A DNA stretch of 33,762 bases, from the NCBI GenBank assembly GCA_032718475.1, contig JAUCBJ010005269.1:1-33762 (forward strand), given 5' to 3'. The stretch's first letter is position 1; every line of letters begins with the position of its first letter. The stretch comes from Nemertoderma westbladi (Eukaryota > Animalia > Xenacoelomorpha). Below are positions 1-11,481 of this stretch, piece by piece. The notes beneath the pieces are model-generated. The model did not search any database, was not told the origin of the DNA, and saw only the letters and a list, made by a program, of their open reading frames with translations. A program made the translations under genes and the position numbers.

Positions 1-185
1 CCCCACCCCTCAACCCCCCCCCCCCGCCTCCACCCCACCCCTCCACCACCCCCCCCCCCTCAACCCACCCCTCCACCCCACCCCTCCACCACCCCCCCTC
101 AACCCCCCCCCCGCCTCCACCTCAACCCCCCCCCGCCCTCCACCCCACCCCTCCACCACCCCCCCCCCTCAACCCACCCCCTCCA
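1..185. repeat. C-rich low-complexity tandem repeat (CCCCA/CCCTCCA/CCCTCAA-type units); G-rich on the minus strand
   Basis: Almost only C with interspersed A/T; blocks such as ccctccaccccacccctccaccacc recur. Confidence 0.8.
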
Positions 186-535
186 TCATTAATCATTCGA
201 ATTCCTCAAGAATTAATCATTTACAAACAACTGTGATGAGAATTATCGATATATTGAGTTATCAGTGATTTCAATATTCTAATCTTCTCTCTGAGTTGAA
301 CGACTTAATAATCTAATCATTAAAAATAACTGCCGAGTCTGTTTTGCGATTAACTATGGGAACTTGGGATAAAATCACTTTATTTCTCATTCAGAATAAT
401 TATTAGTAAGATAAAATTATATTAAAATTAATCTATTTTTTGATTCTTGATGATCCGTTTCAACACTATTCGATGTGTATAATTGTATGGAATGCTATAC
501 ATACAGTTCACTGCAGTATAATATTATACTCCTAG

Positions 536-712
536 GACTATATTCGTACAAGTACATTCCAACACGCCATGCTGCGGAACACAGCAGACTTTCAGGATAA
601 AGTGGTTCTGGACGTTGGGGCCGGTTCCGGGATTCTGTCGTTCTTCGCCATCCAGGCCGGCGCCCGTAAGGTCTACGCGATCGAGGCATCCAGCATGGTG
701 CAGCATTGTGAG
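536..712 (+). CDS. CARM1: CARM1/PRMT4 internal exon (SAM-binding motif I); earlier exons lie upstream of the window
   Basis: cctAG acceptor and GTATGT donor; translates [59 protein letters not shown], matching the CARM1 DYVRT...[15 protein letters not shown] region; phase 0/0. Confidence 0.95.
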
Positions 713-772
713 GTATGTATAGCTGGTCATGATGATGTAGTCTATTATGTTTAAGAACCACTTCAACACCAC

Positions 773-1055
773 TAGGGATGCAACGGGGCCAATATTCTGG
801 CTCCGGCTCCAATCCGGATCTGATGTTGTTGTAATTCGAATTAAAATAATAAGTTTTATTCTTAAATTGTTACTTTTTCGCTCGAATTTTCCTCAAATTC
901 GGGAGAATATGAGTACTTTTTCACTATTAGGGAAAAAAGTAATCAATAGGATTGCATAGATGTCACTTTATTTTCGGGGAACAAGGTAAAATAACATTTT
1001 TTTGGTGGAATTTCTTAAATTGTATTACATATAAAAAGAGCATCGAAGTAGAAAA
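773..1055 (+). repeat. Dispersed repeat fragment with a hAT-like TAGGGATG terminus; related to 9087-9179 and partly reduplicated at ~1250-1415
   Basis: TAGGGATGCAAC...CTCCGGCTCC...ATCCGGA...TTGTTGT...ATTCGAATTAAA shared with 9087; ttttattcttaaattgttacttttt...tcgaagtagaaaaggt repeated at ~1250-1412; no matching right end found. Confidence 0.5.
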
Positions 1056-2384
1056 GGTGTGGTCGACTGGCTTGGGTTACATTGATGGTTTCTAGAATGT
1101 CAGATTGTCTATTTACCGGTTCTACTTCGCCCTGTCGACACCCCCTGTCATTTTTTAACCATTAATTTGTTGGTGAATGTTCTAGAACATTAGTAGGTAT
1201 TTTTTCAAGGTAGGGTAGATAGTATATATATTATGAAAATACAAAATATATTTTATTCTTAAATTGTTACTTTTTTGCTCGAATATACCCCAAAATCGGG
1301 AGAAAAAGTTGCTCTTTTTTTCCGTAGGGGAAAAAAGTAAAATAAAATATTTTTGTTTGAATTTCTTAAATTTTATTACAATTTGATTGAAAGAGAATCG
1401 AAGTAGAAAAGGTTTGCAAGTAATTTTACCAAAATTCATTCAAAAACTCAAAAGTTATTGGAACTTTAGTGTCTGAAAGACGAACTCCAAAACGTAACTC
1501 AATATCCAATATTGGTTTATGTAGTTAAGCGGCTCTCTAGTAATAATATGCCTCGATAGTGAAAATGTTCCGATGTCATAAATTTTTTTTTTTTTATTTA
1601 TGAATAATGTAAATATCATAGAAGTTAACATAATCAAGGGGGGAGGGGGGGGGGGGGGACTACCGATTGGTAACAGTTTGTTGTTGTTATTAATTTTCCT
1701 TTTTCATACTGCGCGAGGCTGTTATATTCTACTTAATAAATGCTTCATGTTCTGGAACGTTTTGTGTATCCAGAAGCTGGGCAGCAATGCAGGTGATGAT
1801 CCTAAATTCGTCAACACCGGGGTCAATTATTTTTAAGAGCTAATAAATATCCGAGTTTATTTTCGTAGCAACACATTGTTATATTTTATGGATTCGGTAG
1901 TGATTAATCGAGTACCGGTTTTTAAAAATTCCACTCTAAAGATGAGAATGGCAAGATATTATCGTGACGGGACGGAATCATATTTTCTTGAACATCCCAG
2001 TCTTGAAGATAATAATTTTAATTCAATATTATTTTACCTTAGTACACTAGTAAGTTGTCCATTGTGGTGTATACTGTTTGATACAATTTCATTGTAGATG
2101 GTTGTAATTTATAAAACAAAGTGTAATTTTCCGTCCCGTCACTATTTGGTTGACTATTATTAATGCTACATTTCTATTAAAGACTTAATTTATATGAAAC
2201 TGTACAAAGTTCTGAGACAACATATGTACTTTATATTCAGCAAGTTAGAGCCTCAATGGTTAAGTAGTTTTGTACTGGACCGCTGCATAATATGTTCGTG
2301 ACGGGACGGAATTTTATATTATTTCCGTTCCGTCGTCATGGGCGACGAGTTAGTGGAATTCCTATTTTACTTTATATATTATAC

Positions 2385-2683
2385 TAGTCACCGGGGCAAC
2401 GATGTCTGTGATCCTATGAAGCTATGAAGGGCCTAGACTGTGGAATAAACTGCCGGAGTCTGTAACCACTGCTGAATCCATTGTTTCCTTTAAGCACAAA
2501 CTGAAAGAGCATTATTTGACGCAGCTAGAGAGCTCTGACCAATCAGCATTTCAATATTTTTAACTTTTTAACTTACGTACAGTACTTGAATGGACCTCCA
2601 TGGAAACGAGGCACTGGCCTCATGGAGCTATCCAATACGCCTTTATTTATTTTAATTATTAATTACTCAATAATAATAATAAA
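2385..2683 (+). mobile_element. 3' fragment of a CR1/L2-group (Crack/Daphne-like) LINE
   Basis: From 2420 translates SYEGPRLWNKLPESVTTAESIVSFKHKLKEHYL, the typical LWNxLP...SFKxxLK end of CR1/L2 ORF2; followed by the stem-loop ctccatg..gaggc/gcctc..catggag and an (AAT)n tail. Confidence 0.65.
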
Positions 2684-3280
2684 CTTACGTCTAACATGAA
2701 TAGACACAAGATAGTCAGATTATTGTTTTCAATTTTTATTTGTTTACTAGTATTTGTAAATACTTATTTTTTTCTTTTTTTTAGTTGACTTAAATTAATA
2801 ACTTTTATGACTCTGAAGATTTTAGTAATATATATGCCGAATGTGACAGTAGCCGAATAATATCTGTATAAACTTGCCAAATTTAATATGTAGGGAAATC
2901 CCCTATTTTCTGTTCTCGGTGCAATAATTTTAATGATTTCTTAAGTAAGTTTTAATATGTATTTTGCAGTCCTTGGTGCCATTAATTTTTCCAGAGAGCT
3001 CTGAGCAATCAGCACCTTAATATTTTAATATTTTAACTTTTTAACTTACTTATTTTTAACTACTAATTACTGAATACTGAAATAAACGTACGTTAAAATA
3101 TGATTAGACACAAGTCAGATTATCGCTTCAAATTTTATTTGTTTAATAGTATTTGAAATATTTTTATTCTTTACTTGACTTAAATTAATAACTGTTATGA
3201 TTTTAAAGATTTTATGACCGAATAATATCAGTATAAACTTAACAAATCTAATATGTATTTTTATGCTCTTGGTGCAATAA
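2527..3280. repeat. Diverged local tandem duplication (~2527-2980 vs ~2993-3280)
   Basis: Both copies start agagagctctga(c/g)caatcagca and share tagacacaag..tcagattat, ttgacttaaattaataact, ccgaataatatc.gtataaactt and ggtgcaataa. Confidence 0.65.
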
Positions 3281-4659
3281 GTTTTTTACAATTTTAAAGA
3301 CATGGATATGGATATTACTGTCTCTCCAATTATGTAAAGTATTACCGGTAATATGTATTCTGTTATTACGTAATTTGTATCTATACAGTACTCTATATTT
3401 ATGGCGTAAAAACAATCAATCAATCCGTAATATAAGTTAACATACAGTTTTAGAAAGGGAAATATTTACCTAGTCCGTCTGTATGTCTGTTATGTCTGTC
3501 TGTCCATATGTATGTCTGTCCATATTATGTCTGTTTGTATGTCAACATATCTCAGCTAAATCAACAGCTAGGTTGGCCAAATAAAATTAAATTTTGTAAG
3601 ACTACAATATGTTTATTTGTAATAAACATTGGATCACAGGATGTTTGTACTTTGTTGTTGTTGTTGGCGGCGGAGGTAGTGTTAATAACTGAAACATTAT
3701 CTAGTTTCAGTTCGGATTAGAGTCAGACAATTCACAAGAATATTACAACAAATTATTACTCATGTTTTGTGATTCCGTCCCGTCACATTTTTGTTTTTCA
3801 CTTTAGACAACATATCAAGCTACTTTAAAATTTTATGCCGGTCATTTATAAGCAGGCATCAATGGGTGCTAGTAATATATGACATAATAATATTATTCCA
3901 TATCACTAGACAGATACTGTGGGGGTGGGGTATAATGTTTCTGAATTACCGTCCCGTCACAAAACACGAATTTAGGATCATTACCTCCAATACCTCTTTA
4001 AACTATATCCCCATATCTCAGAATGACGTTTTTTCATGAAAAAGGCTATTTCTCCGCCAATTTTAACTGATATGAGTTGAAATTTGCTACACTTGTTAAG
4101 AATACCCTTCTCCATACTTCTTGTGAGCAAATTTGGTTGGAAATGTCCTGGAGCCTTTTTATATCAAAAAGGCCCAAAAAAAGCCCATTTTTGGGCCTTT
4201 TTGTTCTAAAAATGCTCCAGAGCATTTGAGGCAAATTTTGTTCAGAAGAAATGGATGCGGGGTTCTTCTGAACTTATATTCCAAATTTCGATAAATTTCA
4301 ACAAATATTGGTGGAGAAATAGCTCTTGTCGCAAAAAGGCACTTTTGGCCATTACGGAGCCATTTTGGGGCCAATTTTAAAAATATTTGGTTTTGTTATT
4401 CGTACACAGTCCAGACGATGTTTAGTAGCACAAAAGATAATTTTCATCCAATTTTAGGGTCCAGAGACACAAAAATGTGAGGAAAAATTTGAGGTTCAAT
4501 TTGGGGGTGCTCCCCCCCCCCCCCCTTAATATAAACATTATTTTGTTCTAGAACAAATATTTTAAAATCATTTTACTATACCAAAAAATTCAAATGATGG
4601 CACGGCAAAGTGTAAGAGTCCCGTATTGTATTTTCTACCAGATACTGGGTTTTGCAGAC

Positions 4660-4783
4660 TTCGCCAGCGAGCAATCTTCGCCGGCGAGCAATCTTCGCCG
4701 GCGAGCAATCTTCGCCCGCGAGCAATCTTCGCCGGCGAGCAATCTTTGCCAGCGAGCAATCTTCGCCCAGAGCTGCAATCTTC
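4660..4783. repeat. 17-bp minisatellite (TTCGCCGGCGAGCAATC), ~7 copies
   Basis: Unit read directly from the sequence. Confidence 0.9.
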
Positions 4784-5111
4784 TCCCTCAAAATGAGTGT
4801 TAACAACCTCGTTTATTGTTTTGGTTAGAAATATTCGTGTCCGTACTCGTACTGTAACCTATCGTATCTGTAACCTACTACTTTCCCCCAATCGGGCGAA
4901 TGTTGGACTCACAGTGTTGGCAATTTCAAACACCTGTTTTCCCTTCTTCAAATGCCAACATCACAGACAGACGCAGAGCAGTTTCCTGAGACGAATGATA
5001 TAAAACTAGATTAAAAAAAAAAATTGAGATAACTGGTTTTTGCAATGAAAGGGCCGGGCCGTCTGGTTCAATAAACTAACTTGTATAATTATTTTATATC
5101 TACCTCGTTAG

Positions 5112-5380
5112 ACTTTGGTTAGAAACAACAAACTAACTGGGCGGATAATCGTTATCCCCGGTAAAGTAGAAGATGTAACGATCCCGGAACAAGTTGATAT
5201 AATAGTCTCGGAACCGATGGGATACATGTTACTCAACGAGAGGATGTTGGAGACCTATCTGCACGCGAAGAAGTGGCTGAAACCCGGAGGACTTGTGTTC
5301 CCAACCCAGGGACACCTCCATATCGCTCCGTTTACCGACGAGGCTCTATATCTCGAACAATTCGCTAAAACCAACTTCTG
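5112..5380 (+). CDS. CARM1: CARM1 exon (double-E loop [11 protein letters not shown])
   Basis: ttAG acceptor; [58 protein letters not shown]...KTNFW; donor TG|GTAGGT, phase 2. Confidence 0.95.
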
Positions 5381-5646
5381 GTAGGTGAATCGTATTGTCT
5401 CCTTTACATCCTTGTAACCCTCTATCTATATCGGACTTATTAGACCAATATCAGTTCTAGCAACCAACCAGCGTTCCGATACGCTGAGTCAACGATATTG
5501 TCTGCAAATTTTTATGCAAATTGTGATTAAATATTAGAAGAATAATTATGGTATTTCATTTAATTAATATATATTTTACCGACTATGATCACTAAATTGT
5601 TTCCATTGTTACCGCTCCCTCTACTCCATAACTTTATCGTCCACAG

Positions 5647-5904
5647 GTACCAAGACGCCTTTCATGGGGTCGACCTCTCCAGCCTCCGCAACGCCGCCAT
5701 CGTCGAGTATTTCCGTCAACCCATCGTCGACACCTTCGATGTCCGCATACTTCTCGCCAAGAGCTTCAAGTACTCCGTGGACTTCCTAGAGGCGGTCGAG
5801 GACGATCTCTACCATATCGACATCCCGCTGGAGTTCACGGCGACGGCGTCCGGCCCGATACACGGACTCGCGTTCTGGTTCGATGTCGCATTCATCGGCA
5901 CTCA
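5647..5904 (+). CDS. CARM1: CARM1 exon (beta-barrel)
   Basis: cacAG acceptor completes TGG; [31 protein letters not shown]...[14 protein letters not shown]; donor CA|GTGAGT. Confidence 0.95.
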
Positions 5905-6148
5905 GTGAGTCACCAGAAAATAATGAAAAAAAATACCGAAAAAACAGTTTTTTTAGTGAAGGATTTTGCGGTAGACACAAACTATTACCGTTGGAAGGAG
6001 ACCAGCAGCTGGTCAACCCTGATGGCTCAGATTACTGGTTTCTAGTTGGTCAAGCTTGCCACTAATAATATTTATAAGGCAGGAGATGGTTGTGGCTAAC
6101 ATTTGTAGGTTATTGAATATTGTCTCCTCCCTTCCTGTAAGTAACGAC

Positions 6149-6421
6149 CGAGGTTCCACCTTGGTGTAGTGGTTGCATTGAATTCACATCTCCCGTAGGT
6201 CGTGTGTTCGATCCTCACATGGGCCAGGGCAGTTTTCGTTTCGGCACGAATGCTTTAAAGGGACCAGCCAGGGCGCATAGGGTAGCCAGGGTAGCTAAAT
6301 GAGTACTGGAGTTTCCTCTGGGGAGTAAAGTTCTGGGGGGTCCGCACTGTAAATAAGTTGTCAGACTTTGTGCGTAATCCCTGGCCTAGCGGCCGAAGAA
6401 AATTTACTTTTTACTTTTTTT
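6149..6421 (+). mobile_element. tRNA-derived SINE
   Basis: Pol III box A TGGTGTAGTGG (6162-6172) and box B GTTCGATCC (6206-6214); (TTTTTAC)-type tail; flanked by a possible TSD TAACGAC (6142-6148 and 6422-6428). Confidence 0.7.
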
Positions 6422-6592
6422 TAACGACACAATTATTTGGTTGTCTTGGCATAAGGCCTCCTCCCTACAGGTTCTATGTACACTATAATAGAATGTAATA
6501 ACTGGGGTTGACATAGGGCCCACCCCTACATGTCCGATGTGCACTGGTCAAGCAATATTAGCACAATACATTTACTGTTGTATGAGTATGGT

Positions 6593-7998
6593 TAGGGATG
6601 TCCCGGAATTCCGTTCCTGCCGGAATTCCGGCGGTTTTTGCCCGATTCCGGTTCCGGCCAGAATGGGGTCAATTCCGGCCGGAATTTTACCGGAATTACA
6701 AGGTTCATATCTAGTTTAATAGCTGCAATTAGTTTGTTAAATTATTATCAGCATTTATATATTTTTTAAACATTATTACCAATTAGTTTAAGATACTTAT
6801 CAACACTTGTAATGGTCCCACCATCTGTTACACCACTTAAGTAGTATTCATATACAATTCAATTCAAAATAACCCTTTTAATTTACATTAACTAATTAAA
6901 CCCTTTGTCGTTCTGAAGATATTTTATGAAATGCATCATTAGAGGCCCGTGCTACACTGTTAAGTCGTTTTCAGATTAATGATTGCCTCCTTGCTCCATT
7001 GGTAACATAAGTCATAAGTCATTTGATAAAAAAAAATAAGGTGCGTCTCACATTTACTGCATATTTATTATACCCAAAGTAACCAATCAGAGGCATCTTG
7101 CCGGATATAACACATGATTCATATGTCAAAAGATGGAACATGGGACATAATCACAGTCGTAACTTACGATTCAACATTGGAGACGCTAACATTGAAACCA
7201 ATGTGTTCCATAATTTATTCTGACTAAGACTACATAAGACTTACCAGTGGAGCACGGGCCTTAACGGGTGGTTTTTCCAATTTGCTTATAAAATGGCGTT
7301 TTTTAGATTGATTTTACATTATTTTACATCGATCTTACACTATTTTACATTGAATTTAAATTATTTTACATTGATTTTATATTATTTTACTTTGCATTGA
7401 TTATTAAATAATATGATAATTACAGGAGGCTAAATAAATTGCTAACCTTGTAAAGTTAGCAATGAAACTCGATTAACGATTAACACAATTACAATTACTA
7501 CTTTAACCTAAAACTAATATAAATATAAGACGTTATTACAATATGTACAGGTCCTGCGAGTGGTCGTTAGTTCAGTTCAGTCTGCGTCGTAGGTGCTGCA
7601 TAATATAGTAGTTTAATTTTTATTTACAGCAAATCCATTTCTTACCATAAATATATTTATTCCCAGCAATAATTAAACTGTAACATGTACTATTGGCCTC
7701 GTTTATTGTTTTGGTTCGAATAACATGTCACTGTAACATGCTCCTTTTCCTTAAAGACACCAGGATATTGCACCAAAGGACCTAATGACGCGATAGGCCG
7801 TAACAAACAGCTCAGGTCATTCTCCACTCCACCCACCTTAATTCCCCCAAGGTTCTGATTCATATCATTAACAAACTTACTGTGGAAATTAAAAAAATTC
7901 ATTTGTTTCATAAAAAATTCCGGCCGGAATATTCCGGCATGTTGAATTCCGGTTCCGGTTCCGGCCGGAATCAAAATATCGATTCCGGGACATCCCTA
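6593..7998. mobile_element. Non-autonomous hAT-type DNA transposon
   Basis: Perfect 17-bp TIR TAGGGATGTCCCGGAAT; 8-bp TSD AGTATGGT (6585-6592 and 7999-8006); subterminal CCGGAATTCCGG repeats; no transposase ORF. Confidence 0.9.
6943..7261. mobile_element. MITE nested in the hAT element, probably PIF/Harbinger-type
   Basis: 24-bp TIR AGGCCCGTGCT(A/C)CACTG(T/G)TAAGTC with 2 mismatches; flanks TAG/TAA fit a TAA-type 3-bp TSD with one change. Confidence 0.7.
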
Positions 7999-8241
7999 AG
8001 TATGGTATGATTGGTATGGTAGATTGCGCAACCATGTGACTTTATTTGGTTTGGTCGATGGGCCTTAATGTTAGTTAACCTGACCTTTCTAGGTAACAAA
8101 CATGGGGTGGTAATTAATTCCGTTAGTTATAGGGAAAAGTCAGGGAAAATTAAAACTAAAAGACAGCTACTTCGCCAGCTTTCATACAAAAACGTTAGAT
8201 GTTCTTCTACGGAAGTTGGATGTTCTATATTTGTCTTTCAG

Positions 8242-8379
8242 AAATACGGTATGGTTGTCTACAGCACCCACGGAACCGCTAACTCATTGGTACCAGGTCC
8301 GCTGTCTGCTTAAAACCCCGGTGTTTGTGAAAGCGGGTCAGTTGATTACGGGTAAAGTGGTACTCAAATGCAATAGAAG
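8242..8379 (+). CDS. CARM1: CARM1 exon (THW loop)
   Basis: tttcAG acceptor; [45 protein letters not shown]; donor AG|GTTAGT. Confidence 0.95.
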
Positions 8380-8879
8380 GTTAGTTTATGGACAGACAGG
8401 TTTACCACCTTATTAGTTGCTGTTGAGAACAAAATAATGCTACGCCGGGTTCATTGTGTCAAGTACACAATGCGCACATCTCCAACCAGACACTATAATA
8501 CATATTGGAGGTGTCCCATTGGTTACTTATTATTATTTCGGAACGGTCGTGTGGCCCGTCCAGCCTATAATTATTAATGTTATATCATATTTATATAATA
8601 TAAAACCTAATAATATGATACCGGTGAACAGAAAAATAGAAAATATATAAAGTGAACGAAGTAAAGTAAAGTAAAGTCTCTTGTTTCTGGATGGTGTACT
8701 ATCGAGACAGACAATTGAGACTTATAGATTGTCGGCAGTAGTACTGGTTGTGGAAAAAACACATTCTGATATAAAGCCTTAAAAATTGTACGGTGAAATA
8801 CTCAGCACTCGAGTAAAACAATACGCCCCACAACAGCGATAACACCAACTACCCCCTATTAGATAGTCTTGGAGTGAAA

Positions 8880-9084
8880 TTATATGATTCTTTAGATTCC
8901 TATTGTACAAATGTTTAGATCCACGAAAATGACCAGCCTCTGCACAATTTTGTACTTTGGCAGTCTCATAGAAAACATAAGCATAGTGGTCGGACAGCCC
9001 ATGGCGTTCTAGAATCGCCTCTTAAAGGAAACTGTCCTTGAGGACTTTGGCAGCCTCATGTAAGAGTGAATAAGCACAGTGGAC
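8880..9084 (-). mobile_element. Possible degenerate LINE APE-endonuclease fragment
   Basis: Minus frame reads VHCAYSLLHEAAKVLKDSFL*EAILERHGLSDHYAYVF...LYNRNLKN, resembling the DH...SDH...YRNxKN end of CR1/L2 endonucleases; one internal stop. Confidence 0.3.
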
Positions 9085-9086
9085 AG

Positions 9087-9265
9087 TAGGGATGCAACAT
9101 TACTCCGGCTCCGTGTTAATTTATCCGGAGCTATTGTTGTTGAAATTCGAATTAAAGTAATAACTTTTATTTTTAAATTCAGGGATGGTGTAACAAAACG
9201 AAACGAAACGAAAGACTATTTATCTTCAATTTCGTTTCGTTTTCAAAGATTTCGTTTCGTTTTTA
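9087..9265 (+). repeat. Second copy of the TAGGGATGCAAC repeat end, interrupted at 9180 by another element end (CAGGGATG plus an (AAACG)n/(CGTTT)n inverted microsatellite)
   Basis: Similarity to 773-868; aaacgaaacgaaacg...ttcgtttcgttt foldback. Confidence 0.5.
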
Positions 9266-9825
9266 CCAATCCGATCAAATATTTGTATTATAGTAAAATA
9301 CTAGTTCAATTTATTTTGTATCACTAATACACACTATTCTAGAACAAAAAATAAAATAAAAAAATTATCGTTCTAGAACATAGAGCTAGTATTTTTTTAA
9401 ATTTAAAATAACTGGAAATAAAAACAAAAATTTATAATTTTTTTTAATAATGATTATTTGTTCTAGAACATCATTATGTAATTCTGTATGTTGACCACAT
9501 TGTTGAGGGGCTTGAATTCCTTCTGTTCATGTAAGAAACCGAAGTTTATACTGTAAATAATCTCCTTCACAAGGTTTATCTGTCCCAGCATACTCTGCAA
9601 TAATGCTTCAAATGATTTCCTGTATAAAATACTGGAAATAGAACGTTTATATATGTATTTAAGTATATATTTATTTATTTATTTATTTTATTATATTATT
9701 CATATTATTTATACAACAATATTGATAAATTTTTTTTTAAAGAAATAGAGATTTGATCTTGACCTACTATATAGATATTATACTTTATAGTAGGTCATGG
9801 TGTGATCTCTGGTTTGACTGTTGAA

Positions 9826-10079
9826 GATACGAAAATACGATACGAAATACGAAAAATATTTTTTCGTATTTTACGATACGAAGTCAATTTTTGTGATACG
9901 ATACGAAATTCGATACGAATAAAATACTGCGATACGAAATACGAAAATCCATTTTCGTATCGTATCATATCGTACCGAATCGTATCGTATCGTATCGTAT
10001 CGTATCGTATCGTATCGTATCGTATCGTATCGTATTGTATCGTATCGTATCGTATTGTATCGTATCGTATCGTACCCTG
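9826..10079. repeat. Inverted pentanucleotide microsatellite (GATAC/AATAC)n...(CGTAT)n ending in CCCTG; probable MITE terminus
   Basis: Seen directly; explains the spurious RYDTI/SYRIV ORFs. Confidence 0.8.
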
Positions 10080-10180
10080 CATTCTGGAATACGTAATTGA
10101 AGTTGTTTACATGTCATTGATTGCTTTGCAGCGTTCCGTCCTATAATATGTAAGTTATATTAAACATTTTCAACTCATTC

Positions 10181-10384
10181 ATAACTACCGAGAGGATAAC
10201 GCGTTGGATAATGGATGGAAGGGTCCCTGGTTCGAATCTCACCAAATAAATTATTTTGTAATTTAGAATGACGCGGTGACATACTGGAAATACATAGAAT
10301 GTATGGCGTAGGGACATACTGATAAATAATGTCGCCCTTTCGATTTGTTAGTGCGAAATTAATTCCCCACAAATAAATACAAAT
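10181..10384 (+). mobile_element. Possible second tRNA-derived SINE (degenerate)
   Basis: Box A-like TACCGAGAGG, box B GTTCGAATC (10230-10238), A-rich tail aaataaatacaaa. Confidence 0.4.
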
Positions 10385-10467
10385 TGTTGTTTTATTAAGG
10401 AAGATGGTATATTATGGTATATTATCAATACATACCCTTTATTCCATTGCTTATTTTCTATTTCCAG

Positions 10468-10718
10468 ACAGAGTTATGACGTAGATATAGAGGTGTGCAT
10501 CCCCACCACTGGAGTGACGTCATTCAACTCGTTAGACTTAAAGAACCCATTCTTCCGGTACACGGGTCAGACACCCCAACCCCCGCCCGGTTCCCACTCG
10601 CAGAGTCCAACAGACACCTACTGGGCAATGCAGGAGCAGCAACAACAGGCAACAGCCAATCAGTACGCCGGGAATATAAACGGGATCCCACCGCACAACG
10701 CCAACATGATGGCGATGG
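10468..10718 (+). CDS. CARM1: CARM1 exon (end of catalytic core and start of C-terminal region)
   Basis: ttccAG acceptor; [43 protein letters not shown] matches the CARM1 [19 protein letters not shown] motif; donor G|GTTAGT, phase 1. Confidence 0.93.
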
Positions 10719-10838
10719 GTTAGTTAGGCCTACATATCGGATGGTTTGTTACGTACAATATCAGCTGAACCCATTTATTATATATCAACTGAGAGACTTT
10801 TTATGTTTTTATTTCCCTTTTTATTGTTTCATTTTCAG

Positions 10839-11185
10839 CCGGAAATCAAACGCTTATGAACGGGACTCTTAACCCGGCCTGCGTGTTACCGCTCAACCAG
10901 ATGTACCACCAACCGGTGAGTCATCAGCACCAACCGGTGAGTCACCAGCACCAAGCGGTGAGTCACCAGCACCAACCGGTGAGCCACCACCCTCAGCCGA
11001 CCCACCGCGGTGGCGGCATACAGCAGTGCGGCGTCGGTCCCTACAGCCACCAATCAGCGCAGCCCCACTCCCACAAGCAACCGGCTCAATTGGCGCCTCA
11101 CTCCCACACCGAGACCGCCATGCAGCCGCACTACATGAACCCCGGTACCAATGTGTTCCACCACAACTCCGCAGGTAGTACCTAG
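10839..11185 (+). CDS. CARM1: CARM1 terminal coding exon (His/Gln-rich tail)
   Basis: Polypyrimidine tract and tttcAG acceptor; phase 1 joins in frame to give AGNQTLMNGTLNP...HHNSAGST*; the six exons total 1440 nt = 480 codons. Confidence 0.8.
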
Positions 11186-11434
11186 TACGGTTGCCTTGGT
11201 TACACTTGCGTGTAGACGGTGTCTGCGTCTGGTCTAGTTTTCTACCCCCCAATATCTCATCAACTAAGACGTCCACAACTAATATCGATTGTAGTCGGTG
11301 CTGTACTGCATAGTGCATACCTAGGCCTATTAATTATAGACCACAAACTGCATAAAGTTTATATAGACGAGAGTGTATGAATCTCATATCATCACTGGAG
11401 CTATAAGTATGTTCTAATTCAATATTTACTGTTA

Positions 11435-11440
11435 AATAAA
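11435..11440 (+). terminator. Probable CARM1 polyadenylation signal
   Basis: First AATAAA downstream of the stop codon (250 nt away). Confidence 0.55.
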
Positions 11441-11481
11441 CGAGAGTTTATGGCCACATTCACACGAATTTTACTCCAAAA

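Noticed and set aside
1-185. Telomeric repeat
   Set aside because: No regular TTAGG/TTAGGG-type unit, and it lies upstream of an internal CARM1 exon, so it is intronic
6430-6540. Possible minus-strand RTE-like 3' end (GGGAGGAGGCCTTATGCC)
   Set aside because: Only a short resemblance, with no coding remnant or clear tail
9180-10079. One MITE spanning CAGGG...CCCTG
   Set aside because: Only 5 bp of terminal match, different microsatellites at the two ends, and no TSD
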